Part shown: positions 1-14,900 of the stretch, one piece after another
How positions within the stretch are numbered: the stretch's first letter is position 1
Layout: each line of letters opens with the position of its first letter
Origin: Lingula anatina
Lineage: Eukaryota > Animalia > Brachiopoda
Direction: 5' to 3'
Assembly (NCBI GenBank): GCA_051362555.1
Contig: CM120645.1
Coordinates: forward strand, 5,084,001 to 5,148,000
DNA: 64,000 nt
Position numbers and translations under genes: made by a program
Notes under the pieces: model-generated
Seen by the model: only the letters and a program-made list of their open reading frames with translations
The model's database searches: none
What the model was told of the DNA's origin: nothing

Positions 1-83
1 CAAAATACCAGGAAAGGACTTGTTGATCACCTGAATTCCTTATAAAGTATAATGGTATTTTTATTTTTTTTTGGAATAGTTAC

Positions 84-3000
84 CCTTTCATAATAGAAGA
101 GGTATTTCTTGAGAGCTTCCCTGGCCTGCACGTGGACAGATTCATGAGCTATGTTGGGGTTTTCCTTGTAGCGACTACATTCATAGTATTCACTGCCATG
201 ATTCTTCCAGTCTGCAATGAATGGGAGTACAATGCATTACATGTATCAACAGAGTATTGGTGGTAAAATTTGTTGGTTAAAATGTGCTTGATGATGCACT
301 ACTTGTGTGAAAAAGCAAAAGAAAGACTTGAAAAAACATTTATTTCCAAATCTGTAACACCAAGTAAATCAAACTTGGGGGGAATTTTTTAACTGTTATA
401 TTTTGAATCACACACAATACTTTAAAACAAAAGGAAAATGATAAACAGTCAATTTGAAAATAATTAAAAATGAAAGGGATCACAATGGACAGGTAAAAGC
501 GATGAGAATACACAGAAACATAACAGCAGATTATTAATGTGAATGAAACTTGTGAAATCTTGGAAACTGCTTAGAAATGAAGAGCATAATGACCAGAGTT
601 ACCCACCTCCCAGACACATCCAGCAGAAGTCATATTTACACTTGGAGCATTGCTGGAAAACAAAGGTTACATTGCATATTATTATTTACATCACAACTAG
701 CCAAACTGAATGGAAATCAACCAAGGCTGTCAGCACTGCACTTTATTGCTCGACTTAATGCCAAGTCACAAGACTTTGGCCTATCCCAGATTACTCCTGT
801 TAACTTTAATATTCAGGTCACTTTACTTTTCTTTTTCAGTTTAAAAAATAGATATCTAACATATGGCACAAACTGTGCTATAACCAGTTACTGAGTATTG
901 TCAACATAAGTACTTTTCACTTCTAGGTATTTCCATGATAAAAGATTTTGATCCGTTGAAAACAAGAGAGATTTCCTTTTCACTTTAAGGCACTTTTTGA
1001 TTTTGAATGTATGAAGAACCCCCCCCCCCCCCCCCCCCATAACTCACCATGTGGTTACATCCACCATTTTTCTCAATACACACATGACACTTGGGACACT
1101 AGAAAAATAATTAATTTATACAGAAATTGGAATTAATCAAATCATTTAACATATGGAACATTAATTATAGTTAAAATATTTGAATACATTATAATTAAGC
1201 TCTGAAAAATGCATTTTATTTAATAATAACTTCAAATATACTTACATCTTTTGTATGGGCACTTATATAGTTAGCAGTCTCCGAGTCGTCCGCACATTTT
1301 GTTAGCCACTTTTTGATAGTGTCGCAGTCCGTGGGTGCGTGGTAATCCATACCACATTTAAAACTGGAAACAGAATGAAAATATGAAAATGCCTCTTGTG
1401 TAATTTATATGTGTGTGCATTCTCCTTTTTTAATTATTGCTTTAGTCTCAGTGTAGACATTTTGTATGGCCCAATGAGGTTTTAATGAAATGCACAATAA
1501 AAACTCAATAAATTCATCGTCATAATCATTGAAAAGACAACAGTAAAGAACAAAGAGTACTCACCAGAAAGCTGTCTTGCATTCTTTGCACACCACCCTC
1601 TTCCTCTTGCTCTCCAGAGCTCTGACCACTGTGGCGCAATTGGCTCCTGGACAGAACCGCAGCTCAGGGTGACTCTGATATAACACAAATATTGCATTAA
1701 ATTTCGTTATCTGTATTATCATTATACCTCTATATTATTTCAATAATTACTACATATAATCACATTGCCAACATGTATACAATTGATACATTTTTAAAGT
1801 TTGCTTTTTGGAAATAAAACCAGGATAAGTTCTACCCAAAGCAGAAAATTCAAAAATAAAATCCTAATCATTCACATAAAACGGAATCAAAATGTTAATT
1901 AACATCTTATGGTCATTCATACTATCACTGGACATTAAAACTTAAAGTCTTGGGTAATAATAGATTATTAATAAATAAATGTGCGCGCGTGTGAGCATGT
2001 GTGTATGCGTACACAAAATCTTGCACACTTAAATTAAAATGATTCACAATATTCTGAACAAAGCAGCCATGTTGGTCCTACCTTTACATAATCACTGAAG
2101 GCAAACCTCTGATACTTGTCCCTTATCTCAGGCTGCGACACCGTGCTAAGAACAAAGTCCTCGGTTGCCAGAATATTGCAGTCTTTGCCCATACATTCTA
2201 TACCTGAAATGGCAGTGAAGTTGAATGACAGGTTTGTTTTGAGGATTTCAAATAATCAATGATTTATAATTAGTGACATGTGAATGGACAATTTTAATGA
2301 ATTCTGCTTTTTATAAACTGGTTTGTTTAAAGAGTCAAATATCATAAATGGGCCTATACCATGATTTTAATTTGTTGTTTGTAAATTTCTTCTGCCAATA
2401 CTCTGCCAACAATTTTTCAGAAAAATTTCAAATGTGACCTTAAGGAAATCTGTTGTTGTGAACAATAATGATAGGCAAGTTCATTTTTTTAAGCAAAAGG
2501 ATTCAATTGGCAAAACATTGTAAAATCTTAGAGGAGGAATCATCTAGAAGAGGAAAGATTAATGAGCTTATCAGAATTTCCATAAATGGGCCCAATTTCC
2601 CTGAATTTGATTATGTGCAAGCAGCATTAAATTTCTGTGCTTTAAAGCAACCTCCATACATTTAACGGTTGACTGCACCAGAAAATAACGAAATCAATCT
2701 ATGAAAATGAAAGTTGTTTTGTCATGAGTTTCTGATGAAGCAGCCTGCATAGCACTTACCCTGGCACTTTTTCAAGTATTTATTCCATGATCTTTATTTG
2801 GGAACAACACATATTGCACTTTAGTCCTCACCAGCAAGGCAAAAAAATGATTACAAAAAATAATCATTTATAATATAAATAAGGAATAAAATTTTCAATT
2901 CCAGTGGGGTTCCAAAGGACTTTCCTTTACTAACTGCCCAGCGCAAACACTGCGTTCTTAATACTTAAGTATTTCTTACCAGTAGAAACCCCCTGTTCTA

Positions 3001-6000
3001 TTTGCATTTTGAAGTACATTCCCCAGCAATCTTTGCAGTACTGATGTCTACAGGACAGCTCCTGCATGTTCTCTATGGGGCATCTCTGCACACACACAGA
3101 GCAAAGGAAAGAGTTGCTGATCACAGGGGGCTGAAAAAATTTGAAAACTTAATTAAGTTGCTGATCACAGAGGGTTTAAAAAATATATAAGAAAACTAGA
3201 TAGAGTTGCTGATCAAAGGGGGCTGAAAAAATATGAAAACTTTATCACAGGGGGCTGAAAAAAATTGAAAACATCATGAAGTTGCTGATCACAGAGGGCT
3301 GAAAAAATGTGAAAACTTCATAGAAATGCAGGGGGGTTGTAAAAACTTGTGAAACATATTTTCAACAAGCTTGGAATGCATCTATGGTTATAGTGTACTC
3401 TTCAGGATTCCTTTTTACAGTAACAAGGGTCATTCTTACTTGTAAATTTCAGCCAAACGCTAAACATATTCTAATTTGGATTAAGAAGATGTTACCTATA
3501 TAACATTACTTTGTTTTGTCAAATTTCACATCAGTCAGGCATATGATGATTTGTTTTGTTTTTTTTTCTTAAGGCACCCAACTATCCAGCTAAAAAGAAA
3601 TTTTACCCTGCAGGGAGTCCTAACAATATCCTGTCATATCACAGCAACCTCAGGAAACCAGGTATTTATTTTTATTTTTATTTTTGACAAATTAGTATGA
3701 CATGTAATCATATTTTAGTGATTACATAATAATCTAAAACAATCCCATCTTACTTAAGAAAAGCCATATCATTACTTGAGTAAAAAAAAATCATTGTCAA
3801 TAACAAAATGCCCCCCGCCTACCTTTGGCTTAATTGCTGGTTCTAATTTAGAGTCTACCATTAGCTTGTGTGGATCTCTCTTGTGTCTGGAAAGAAGGTT
3901 TATAATATAGTTGCATGATCAGGGTGAAAATGAAAACTTGGCAACTAGACAATACTAAATTGCATAACTGGTACATGATCTGAAATCCCCACTCACTTGC
4001 CAAGTTTTGTCCATTTTTAATTTCACAAGAGATTTGGACCCAATTAACACTCTAGTGAGTGTCTGAAAAACAATGTAGCATTCAAGAATATCTTTCAACC
4101 AACATACACCAAGGGTCCAATCTGAACCATGATTTCATCCAGGTTCTATGCTATTCTTTGACCCCCTCCCCCAACACACTTTGAAATTGCTGGCTTCAAA
4201 CCTGGTATTTAGCATCCCAGCTATGCATGCCTGCAAGATATGAGCTTTATTTGAATGCATGATGCACTCATCTCGAACATGGACTACAATATGCCGAACT
4301 CATATGTTCACTTTTTTATTACTAACTGTTATATATACTGAAAAATATAATTTATTTTAAATCCTAATTTTTTTTAAAATTAATAAAATGACGATAACAA
4401 AAGAATTAATTCATTTTAATATGGCTGCAATGTGAGCTGTACACACAACATTACTAGTTCTTTAATGGGCTTTTACTTTGAAAGCAAAATCAGCAAATTC
4501 ATTGAAAAGAAATGACTCATCACCTTTGTTCTACCTCTGTCCTGGCCCAATTATGTCGATGTAATAGCACCTTGGCAAGAGAAGGGGGAATCTGGAAACA
4601 TTACAAGAAACAGTGGCTTAACTTTTCTTGGAAAAGTGTCTCGTTTCTGTTCTTAGAATACCTCTTACTAGTACTAGCAGATATTTGTCATGCAATAATA
4701 ATAACACTGGGATTAAGAAAAATACCCAAGTTAAAGTATGAAAAATTAATTTTACCATCTGGTGGTTTTATCATTCATATCCATATCTTTTAATCTTTTT
4801 TAATATTTTTCTAGTTTTATATATCTTGGTAATTGCAGTCCTAAGTACTTGTTTTTATGAAAAGTCTAAGGAACATTTTGAATTGATTTTAGACTTTAAA
4901 TAATAATAATTATAATAAAGTCAATTCAAAAGTGTTAATTTTATAATGATTTTGAATGTGTAGCTTTCCCTTTTGTCTCATTTTTTCACTCATTCATGAC
5001 TGGAACATACTTCCATAAAAAGCAGTGCCACTTTATCAGTTGTTAACTAGTACATGTTTCTGATAGAAACTTCACTGTTCACTTCACTGTGACAACAAAA
5101 ATCAATATCCATGCCAGATATTCGCTGAGAGAAGACTGTTACATGTACTAGTACAGATTTGAATTTATTTTTCATATGTTACAAGTAGATAGCACTGAGA
5201 TTTGTAATCTATTTCTGAATCATGGCATTTGGTGTTTTTTTCTTACACACTGTGTATATCATTCATGGTAAAACCAAGATACACGTAATTTTATACTGTG
5301 TTGACAACAGTCCATGTCTAGAAATACATTGTGTCAGTGCTGATGCACTCTGTATGGGTGCTTCTATTAGCTCCACATATTGATCCAAATCTAAAAGCAT
5401 CTGCTGCATTAATATGTGTCTACAGTATGTTATCAACTGTACAATGGAAGTCCAAGTGTAAATATTGTGAATAAATTAAAACATGATTCTGTCCTGTGAA
5501 GCAACTATAAAAGATGAAATAATATTTTAACCACTTTCTACTTTGTTTGCTTTTTTTTCGAATTGCAAAAAAGTATTTTATATTTTCTGTCATACAAGGA
5601 CAGTCAAAATACCACTTGACCCACGTTATAGAATGTCACAGCGGTGTTATACCAGCACCATGATGGTTTATTTTAAATACTTAGTCATTTAATTTTTAAA
5701 GTTGATTCAAATTTAAATTTACCATAATCACCATCTTTTCAGATACATAATTCTATCATCAAAAAAATTTATATTTCTACATAGCATTTGTGGTGCTTTT
5801 GTTATAGAGAATAGAATTATAGAGCAGCCTGCTCTTTTAATTTTATGTTGCTACCACTCAATAGGAAAGTTCCAATCTTAAGAAATTATCACTTAAAAAT
5901 ACAGAACAGTACCTGTAAAATTCACAATATTCCCCCATTTGAAAAGAACAGGAAATTGCCATGTCACAATTATCAACACTGTTCTTGGTTAGTATATATA

Positions 6001-6329
6001 TGACCTGAACATTTTGGTAATTTCCAAAACAGCAGAGAATATACAGAGTATTTTCATACCATCCCTTCCACATTCAGATCACAGTGACTCACCTCCAATG
6101 AACTACATAGAGCTTCAACATTCTCATTTAATAATCTGTCCACATCTTCAATTTTCAACAGTTCATATTCAAAATACTCAGGATCCTCACATGGATTTGG
6201 CTTGTCGAATTCCACATCTTGGTCATCGCCATAGTAATAGTTATAATCTACTTCATCATCATCCATATTGTCTGAGTCATTCTCATAGTCAGAAGTATCA
6301 GAACACTGGCTCCGCATCTCCACAGACAT
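84..6329 (-). CDS. ARIH2: E3 ubiquitin ligase Ariadne-2 (RBR family), multi-exon, 3' part outside window
   Basis: Acidic N-terminus [11 protein letters not shown]... (6329-6093), then exons ~4591-4524, ~3887-3823, 3130-~2980 (RING1 CSVC...[10 protein letters not shown]), ~2203-2082, ~1675-1565 ([13 protein letters not shown]), ~1363-1246 ([14 protein letters not shown]...[15 protein letters not shown]), ~1098-1048 (RING2 [17 protein letters not shown]), ~651-605 ([15 protein letters not shown]), ~212-84 ([19 protein letters not shown]...[11 protein letters not shown]); GT-AG boundaries. Confidence 0.95.
2468..2665 (+). mobile_element. Probable degraded hAT-transposase C-terminal fragment in ARIH2 intron
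   Basis: Translation [24 protein letters not shown] resembles the C-terminal end (L..I.INGP...FD...A) of hAT/ZNF862-like transposases; recognised from memory, no TIRs found. Confidence 0.35.
3110..3320. repeat. Imperfect tandem repeat (~5 units, ~40-47 bp) spanning an ARIH2 splice acceptor
   Basis: Repeated agttgctgatcacagggggctgaaaaaat...gaaaact; the first copy contains the acceptor (minus-strand AG at 3132-3131) and the exon start. Confidence 0.85.
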
Positions 6330-7849
6330 TTTGAGATTTGGTCAGCAATAATGTTGTACACAACTGTGAAATAAAGCAAAAAAGTAATGTAAAAATTATT
6401 TGGCAAAATAAAATGTTCACAATGCTGTACTAGTAAGTGAAATTTTCAGATCATTATATTATCTGAACACATTATATAGATACAGTTGATAACTGAATCA
6501 AAATTAACAGAGTATTTCATACACCCATCAGAATTATAACTTACAATTGTTTAATAATGAAAACATTGTGCTTCAAAATCCCCCTTTATCTTGTTTATCC
6601 ACCAAAAAATATTGGTTTAAGTTATCATTTTGGTTTAGATACATCAACATACGTGGAAAAAGGGGGATTCGGCAGGTTCAAATAACTGCCCTTTTGCTTG
6701 GAAAAGGTCCACTCTGAACAAAATTTGATCTATGAACAGGAAAGTTTCATGGTAAAAGGCCCACTTTTGCAGAATGATAACCTTCTTTGAAATTGCTAGT
6801 TATAGGCCTGAAATAGCTTCCTACTAACGATTAGTTCTTGCATTAATAAAATAACAGGATGATGGAATCTGAGTATCAGTTGATACTTCCTCTTTCTTTT
6901 TACCATCACTGTATCTTCAATGTTTCTCGCGAGTTGCTATGTTTATTGGTTCGACAAATGATCTTTGTCCTTGTCATCCTTTCAACTCCTTTTTTCCATT
7001 ACAAAACCTACTTTTCTATCTTTAATCTTGTCGGTTGCTTTGTTTTCATTTAACACATGAACTATATGAGTATTTTTCTTTATTCAGGTATATACATAGA
7101 ACTTATTTGTTCTTTGAAGACAGCCTTACTTTTTGTATATGTACATTTTGTCAGTGAAATATTTAGTGTCTTTGTTCAATCTGGTCAGTGGTTTTTTGGT
7201 GGTGTGTGTAGTACATGCATTATAAGTGTATTTTTCTTTATTCAGAAATATAAAATAACATAATATGCCAAGAAGACTTACTGGGCTCAGATACATTAAC
7301 ATTTATAATGTGTTAAGTACACTTTTCATACTAGAGCTGCTCTTCACAAACAGATCATTGGAAATGTCTTTGCTCTTTTGAATGTCACTTCATCTATTTA
7401 TTATACAGCATCAACTCATATTGTGCAGTGAAGGGCAGTCAGTCAGTCACAATTTTTTTTTAGAAATTAATATGATCCATATACCTTATCCTATCCCATA
7501 GGTCAGTAAACAGTCATTTTAATGAAAGAAAAGTTACTTCAAAAGTCAAAACAGTCCTAAGTGATAAACCAGCCAAACAAATTTCCCTAAATTGCTTTTA
7601 GTATTATGTAACATTTTCACATTGTCTTTCTTTCACTTCATATAACATGCATTTACTGTTTGTCCTATGTTCAACAAAAAGCAAGAGTTGGATACGATGA
7701 CTCATATATTCAGGCGCTGTTCAGAATTTCTCAAATGTCAGTTCATAGTTACTGCAATATGCTGAAGATCTTACTCGAAAACGAAAACACAACAACCAAA
7801 ACAAAGCCCATCTTCACAAAGGCCAGCGGGAGAAACGTGTAAATGTTAA

Positions 7850-8400
7850 AAATATTACCTTCTTAAGACAATTTTTACTATCAAAGCCTACAAATTAGCA
7901 GCCACTTACTTTCTGGAACACTGTGTGTCCTTTTCTGAGCACAGAAATATGAGTATAGTCTTCCAGACGAAAAGATGTTGTACAAGAAAAAATTTCCAAC
8001 ACAAAGCACAGAAGAAGGAAGTGACGTCACTGTTTGGGTGCTCGATCCTTGACCTCAGTTGGCCTAGATATTTCCGTCCTGTTTGTTTCCAAATCTTTAC
8101 AGCTGTTTCACCATCATAATAATGTAACCATCACTCACCACACACAACTTTCTAATAGCTGCATCACTAAAGTCTAAAATCCCATTTCAATGGAGAAAAC
8201 AGCATGAAATAGACCGGAAGCTCCAGTAGCAGACGGCGTAGATGCATTGTGGATCTTTTTAAAAGGAGAGGAATTTTTGGTTTGACGAAACACGGAACAC
8301 TGGTTGGTTTAGAATAATCGTGCTATTACATTATTATCTGCAATGTTTTTCGTCGAAAGTATCATCCTAAGTGTATTCTGCATGGTATTTCAATTAAGAC
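7850..8400. promoter_or_regulatory. Likely bidirectional promoter ARIH2 / MOV10L1
   Basis: Locally CpG-richer; composite ETS-CRE motif GGAAGTGACGTCA at 8017-8029, CCGGAAG at ~8214; minus-strand donor-like site at ~7855-7859; both flanking first coding exons are preceded by acceptors, implying 5'UTR exons here. Confidence 0.6.
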
Positions 8401-8979
8401 TAGTAAAGTTCATTTGCAGAAAGAGATATATAAAAATGAAATGTAACCGCATCCACTGATTTATATTTATACATGTACTACCAGTAGAACTACTGTACAT
8501 GACTGTACTAGTACTTCAAGTATTCATGAAATTAGACCCACACGTATATTTTAAATTAATGCCTGAGACTAGAAATTTTGTATACATTCAGACAACCACA
8601 TGTTTGATTAGGAATAATTCCTAAATCATTTTAACTATAATCCCATTTACAAATGTAGGTAAAAGACATTAATGTTTTATTGACATGTTTTCCAAACTTT
8701 CAGAAGTCATTCTCAGAAATGAGCCAATAAAGTTTCCCTACTTTATTTAACACCCTTATACTAAATATTCTCACACACATCTTAATTTTGTCATACAGTA
8801 AGTATCAGAGCTGGCATGACAAAACAGCTCAGACTAGGATTTTCAGATCTAAAGTAGCTAGGATTTTTTAAAGCACAATGGTATGCCACAGTGAAGACAT
8901 TTAAGTTGGCAAATATCATGAAAGGGATTAGAAGCAAAACATTATAATATGGTGTATTTATATCTTCAGATATAAGGTC

Positions 8980-11900
8980 ATGCTAAGTGCTCTCTCCAAG
9001 GTGGTTTCCTACTTCTTCTATGAGGAGGATGGGGAAGACAGCAGAGAGGAAGCACCATCATCACCACACTTTGATATCTCTGGAAATCCTGACACCCAGA
9101 CAGAGAGCAGTGTGGATAGTGGACTATCACAGACTAGTAGGACTATAGATGGCACTGTGACCAGTCTCCATAATGGCTATGGCCTTGTTGACAATGAAAT
9201 TTATTTTACCTTTGATTCTGTCATAGGAGGTTGTCGACCTGCTCTTGGTGCTCATGTGCATGTGCAGGCAGTGAGGCAGAAACAACATGGCGGCTGGCAA
9301 GCTCAAAGAGTTGTCATTGAAGATTCCTCATGGGATGGTGGACAAAAGCTTCACAACAACAATTATAACCCTATCATATCTCAAGATGATCCAGAACAAG
9401 TTGCCATTAGAGACACACAAGTTGCTATGGTAACTAGTATTAAAGGAGATTTGGGCCTCCTCAATGATGAAGTTTCGTTTTCGGTCCAGAGTGCTGCCCT
9501 ACATGGATTTGCTCCATATAGAGGGGACTGGGTCGTTGCACAGACCACTACAAACACAGAAACAGGGTATTGTACAGCAGAGAGCATTTCTCCTCTAAGA
9601 GAACAAGACTTCAGTGGGGAAATCAATGCAGTGCTGCATGGCTATGGTTTCATAGATGAGGAGATATACTTTCCTCTCTCTGCCTGTGTACAGGGGTATC
9701 AGCCAAGGAGGGGAGACAGAGTGAAAGGAGTTATGCTGGAGAGCAGACAGGGCAAGTGCTCCTGGAGGGCAAGAACTGTGCTGCCATCTATTGGAGTTGG
9801 TGAAAGTGATAAGTCTAGCAAGACAGTATTAGAGAGGTGTGTACAGGGTACTACTGTTACTGTAGAACATTCAGTTTGCCAAGATATAAATTTGTTCTTT
9901 TTTCCCCATTCATCCCTCAGTTGTTGTCTGTGATTTTGTTATTTAGTTGACAGAATATTGATGTCCAAATGGCCAACCTTCATTGTGCAAGTACTTCGGT
10001 GGCAAGTTGCTAATTTCTGCCTATGCTGTTTGATATTACACCTGTAACTGTTACAGTTAAAGGAACTGAAAATTGTGCATTTTCAACAATAACAGCTTTA
10101 ATTTTGAGATATTATGGACAGATAAAGATTTTTAAGTATTTGAAAACAAGTTAGCATCTGTGTCCAGATCAAAACAGCAACTTATTGAAATCTTATAAAT
10201 ATTCTTATTGGTATGTACTTTAGTCCTTTTCCAGTCATCAACGGCCCCAGTTCTGGTGGATTCTTGAAGAAACTACTGCAAGACAAAGGCGGTATCACTA
10301 TTAGCCAGAAGACAAACTTTGGCAAAATGGAATTGGGAGAGCTGAAGTCATTAGTTTTGTGGATCAGGTAAATTGAATAGACATATCAAATGCTTAAAAA
10401 GTAATTATTTTTAGCTCTTCTTTTAATTTCATGCTAATTTTCATTAGAAATTTGATATTACTGGAAACTATACCAGTCCAGTTGACTCAGACTAGCATTA
10501 TCAGAATTATTATTTTAAAATTACAGTGAACTTAATGTGTCACCTAACTACTTGATTAAATTTTTCACGAAAAAAATTAATTATTACTATTAGTTTTATA
10601 TTTTTTATTTTTCATTAATTATTATCATTTCTGAATTACAGAAATACCAATTCAAATGAGACAAGAACACTGAAGAGTTGCAGGTTTAAGACACACCCAG
10701 CAGCGCTGCAGTTTGCAGTGACTGTGCAGCAGCAAACCCCACAGAAAGGTGATGTTGCAGGAGAAGGGCAAGCTTTGCTACCTGGCACTACAGTATTTGT
10801 CACTGTGGAATGCAAAGGGATGTGAGTACAAATTCTTATTCTCATAAGGACATGCTAGTAACTGTGACTGCAGTTGTATTGTATTGCAAGTTGTATGTAG
10901 ACTGGAGTACCACTGGTAATTTTCTTCTCTTGGCCAAATCACCACATTTTCATCATTTTTTCTCCAAATGGTTTAAATTTGACATAAACAAGTCAAATCA
11001 ACCATTTTTTGTTTAGCCAACTTTAGTCAGTTTTAACATTTGGCTTAATTTGCAAGTGTTAGCACTACCCCTGACAGATATTGTCTGTCAACACCTAATT
11101 TTTTACAAAATTTTCATACAGGCACCTAGGACAGGATAAGCAGCTGTTGATATTTGACTTTGATGGATACACCATAGGCCGCTATATGTCAGTAGATGTG
11201 CAAGATCCACAGCAGACCAGCCTTGACCCATCAGCTCCATACAACAGGAAGAGGAATTATGGGAAGTACAAGGCAGCCAGTCAGAGAAATGGAAGCGAAT
11301 CTTGGGTACTACCTGGTCAAAGGCCCCAAAGGTTTGTTTAATCAGTTTTACTACAAGTGACCTTTAATTTCTAGGCTTAAGTTACCAGTTGTATGTTTGG
11401 TGAACTGGACTAGACAAAAAACAATTTGGTTTGACCACAGCTCTTTGCTGTATATGATAGTTTTATGTCTATCCTCACTATCGAACAATCCGCCTGAGAC
11501 AATAATCCAGTTACCATTGCATATTAGTAATATTTATCAAAGACTTAAACTCAAAAGAAAAAAAATTGATATGTATAGACCTAAAGACCTTGCATGTGCA
11601 GCAAAATATGAATTATTTGCTGGCTTTAATCACCACAGTTGGTTTTTTCTTTCTTAGAATGAAATCCGTGCCATTCCCTGCCAGGTTGCCACAGTTTGAG
11701 ATTCCCAGAGAACTGAAGAATTGTATTTTTGAAAAAAGGGAACTAGTAAACCTAGCACCTGAACTAGGTGAGGTAGGTTGACAGCACAAACTGTGTAATA
11801 GTAAACTTATGGTTTGTCTGGTACAATTCTCATGTTCTTCTTAAGAACAGATTGAAGTAAAAATAGATTAGGCTTTACTGATGATGTGATAGACAAGTTG

Positions 11901-14900
11901 CTCGTCAGTGTTTGCCTTCAGAGCAGGAAGATGTGAGTTTGATTCTATCTGGGGACACACCAGTGCTTCCTATCAGTAGTTAAGGGTTGAAACAATGATT
12001 AAGAAGTTCATGGCATGGCAGTGAAAGGTTTTGTTAACTTGCTAGCTTATAACGCCTCATATGGCAGTTGGGATTAAGCTCCCCATGGAGATGAGTATGT
12101 TAACACCCAACCAGTATCAGAGTCAAACGTGACCATGTCTCTTATGTACAACTGCAAAGAGAGACATGTTTATTATGGTATACAAGAACTGAACTTAATT
12201 AACATATATACTTTACTTTTATTTGAAGTGCAGAAGGTCTTTTGAATAATCTGGCTGTTGGTTGTAAAGGTACAGTGATTTGAGTGAGGTATCACTATAT
12301 TTATCTAACTGATATTTTTGTTTCAGCCACTTTCAATGCAAAACTACACAACACGCTTCTCAGCCTTGCTACACTTGGAGGAAATCCAGATGGAGATTGA
12401 GATTCGAGATTATGACCTTGAAAGCGTGACCTTAAGGCGGGTGGGAGAGTATCTAGCCCTAGCTGTCCCTGGCCTGACTGAGGGCAGACCCTCTGTTGCT
12501 ATAGGGGACAAAGTGGTGCTGTCCCACCCTGGGGATATGGACGTTGGACCCCAGTACGAGGGATACGTCCATGTGGTGCTCAGTGAAGAAGTTTTGCTCA
12601 AGTTTCACAACTCTTTCCATCAGAATTATTATGCTGAGGAATATGATGTGATGTTTACCATTAACAGGTAAAAAAGGAATGAATAAAGAAACACTTCTAT
12701 GTTCTTGTAATTGATTATGATATCTATTTTGTGTCAAATAACTCATGTAAACAGCATTTATGCTGAAGGGTGTTTAAAGTAATTAAAATCAACATAAAAG
12801 TTAAACATATTTAGCTTCATATATTTTATATCATTATTAAGTATGTAATATTGGATTGACTCAGTACTAATTTTGTAGCAGAAAGGTTAAACTAGCAAAC
12901 AATGTTTGATCATAATATATTTTAATTCAAGTTTTTTTCAATTTCAGAACTCGGTTACGAAGATGCCATCAGGCTGTGCACTTTTCCAAACATTTAGGAA
13001 CAAAAGGTACACTGTTACATTATTTTTCATATTTTTAATATAGAGTCATATGCAATGTGAAGATTCTTGGAATTCATTTTGTGTGGTTTTAACTGCATTG
13101 ATCAGTGATAAGTGAAAAACTTGAAATGCAAAATTGCATTTTTTCAAAATGCACAGACTGTATAAGGCATTCCTGGCATTGTAATAAGCAGATGCCGATG
13201 TCCTGAGAAAATGATATAATTTTTATACAGCATGTGAAAAAAATGCAAACTTGTCCCTCAAACTTTATATAATGAATGTTAACAAGTGCATGGTGTATTT
13301 CAGTTTTATTCCCAGTACAGTTGCATCCCAAGATGCCAGTCCCTTCCAAAAGTAGTGCCAAAGTAACGGGTGCCAAAAGCTCCCAGCATTTTTTCAACAC
13401 AGTATTAAATTGCCACCAGAGGGCAGCAGTGAGCAGGATCTTAGAGGGCCAGAGCAGGCCATCACCCTATGTACTGTTTGGGCCACCAGGTAAGTCTGAT
13501 ACTGTTGTCTGCTTCTTGAGGAGAGTCCATTTTAAGAAGAGGGGTGTTTGCTTTAAGGAAACTTATGTCTTTTGTTTTGTCTAAATGTCTGGGTTCAGTA
13601 GTATTTTGTGCCTGTTTTATAGAAAGAAATACGTGGCTTATGTTTCTTACCCATACTTAATTTATTTGGATTACTATTAAATTATTTTCAACTTCTTTTT
13701 ATAAAAGTTTAAATGAGACCTGCTTTTGGGCTAATTCCAAAGTTTTTTGACAACCAGCCTCAAGTACAGACAGTTATAACATTGGGGCATACATTTTAAC
13801 TTAAAATAATGATCTGATGACAACCATGATCATATGATAAATTTTTGCATCTGATACCAGAATTTATAAACAATCCAGGTACAGGGAAAACTGTCACCAT
13901 GGTGGAGGCTATCCTGCAAGTACTTCACACCATACCAGGCAGCAGAATACTTGCCTGTGCCCCATCCAATAGTGCTACTGATCTACTGGTAACTGATGAT
14001 TTTAATTTTTTATTATCACAGTCTATGCAGAATAAATGTAGTGATTGATAAATAAACGTGGCTGAACAGCCTAATAGCTGACCTGAGAAAATAAAGTAGA
14101 ACATAGTCATTTACTAAAAGGTCAAGTTTTCTAGCAGAGTGATAAAATCAAGCTCTGTCATAATGTTTGTGTTTCACTCAGCTCTCATTTTGAGATCTAA
14201 TCACCACCAATTTTGTATGTGGGGTACCTTAAGTATGAAAGGAAAGTGGTGATATTTCCAGGGAATATTTTTTATAAATTGTTTTTTCATTTTACTGTTT
14301 TATTATGCATTTTAAGCATAATTTTGATTGCAATTTGCCTTTTTCAGGCAGAGAAACTTCTTCAAAGTAACCTTGTAAATAAAAGCGATCTTGTCAGGTT
14401 GAATGCTTTCAACAGACTTGATGATGTAAGTAGTCACATGGAGTTACATTCTATTTTTTTATCTGCTTAATAATATTATTTATAAGAATTTAATATGGTT
14501 ACATACAGCAGTTCAATTAATTTTTAAATATCGGTCATTTTTATAATTATAATTTTTTATACAAGTTGCAATATCATGCTTGTAACAAAAAATAAAATCA
14601 AAACTTATCAGGTGACGCTAGTTAAACCAATTTGCAGTTTAAGAACCATTTTAAATTAACATTCAGACATTGATTTGGAAATGTTATATTATGAAATATT
14701 GTGTCAAAACTGTTGTAAGAAATAATGTTGATTTTTTCTTTGAGAGCCCTGCTGTACACCAGTCTCAGTACTGCTGACTTAGAATTTGACATTAAGAAAA
14801 AGAGTTTGAATTAAAAGATAATGTAAGGCTTTTAATATTTCTTACCAGATAAAATTGTCAACAGGTTCTTCTAAAAAAACAATTTTCCAAACAGGTGGTC

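Noticed and set aside
3110-3320. Regularly spaced repeats resembling a CRISPR array
   Set aside because: Eukaryotic intron, spacers are themselves similar, no cas genes; it is a degenerate tandem repeat
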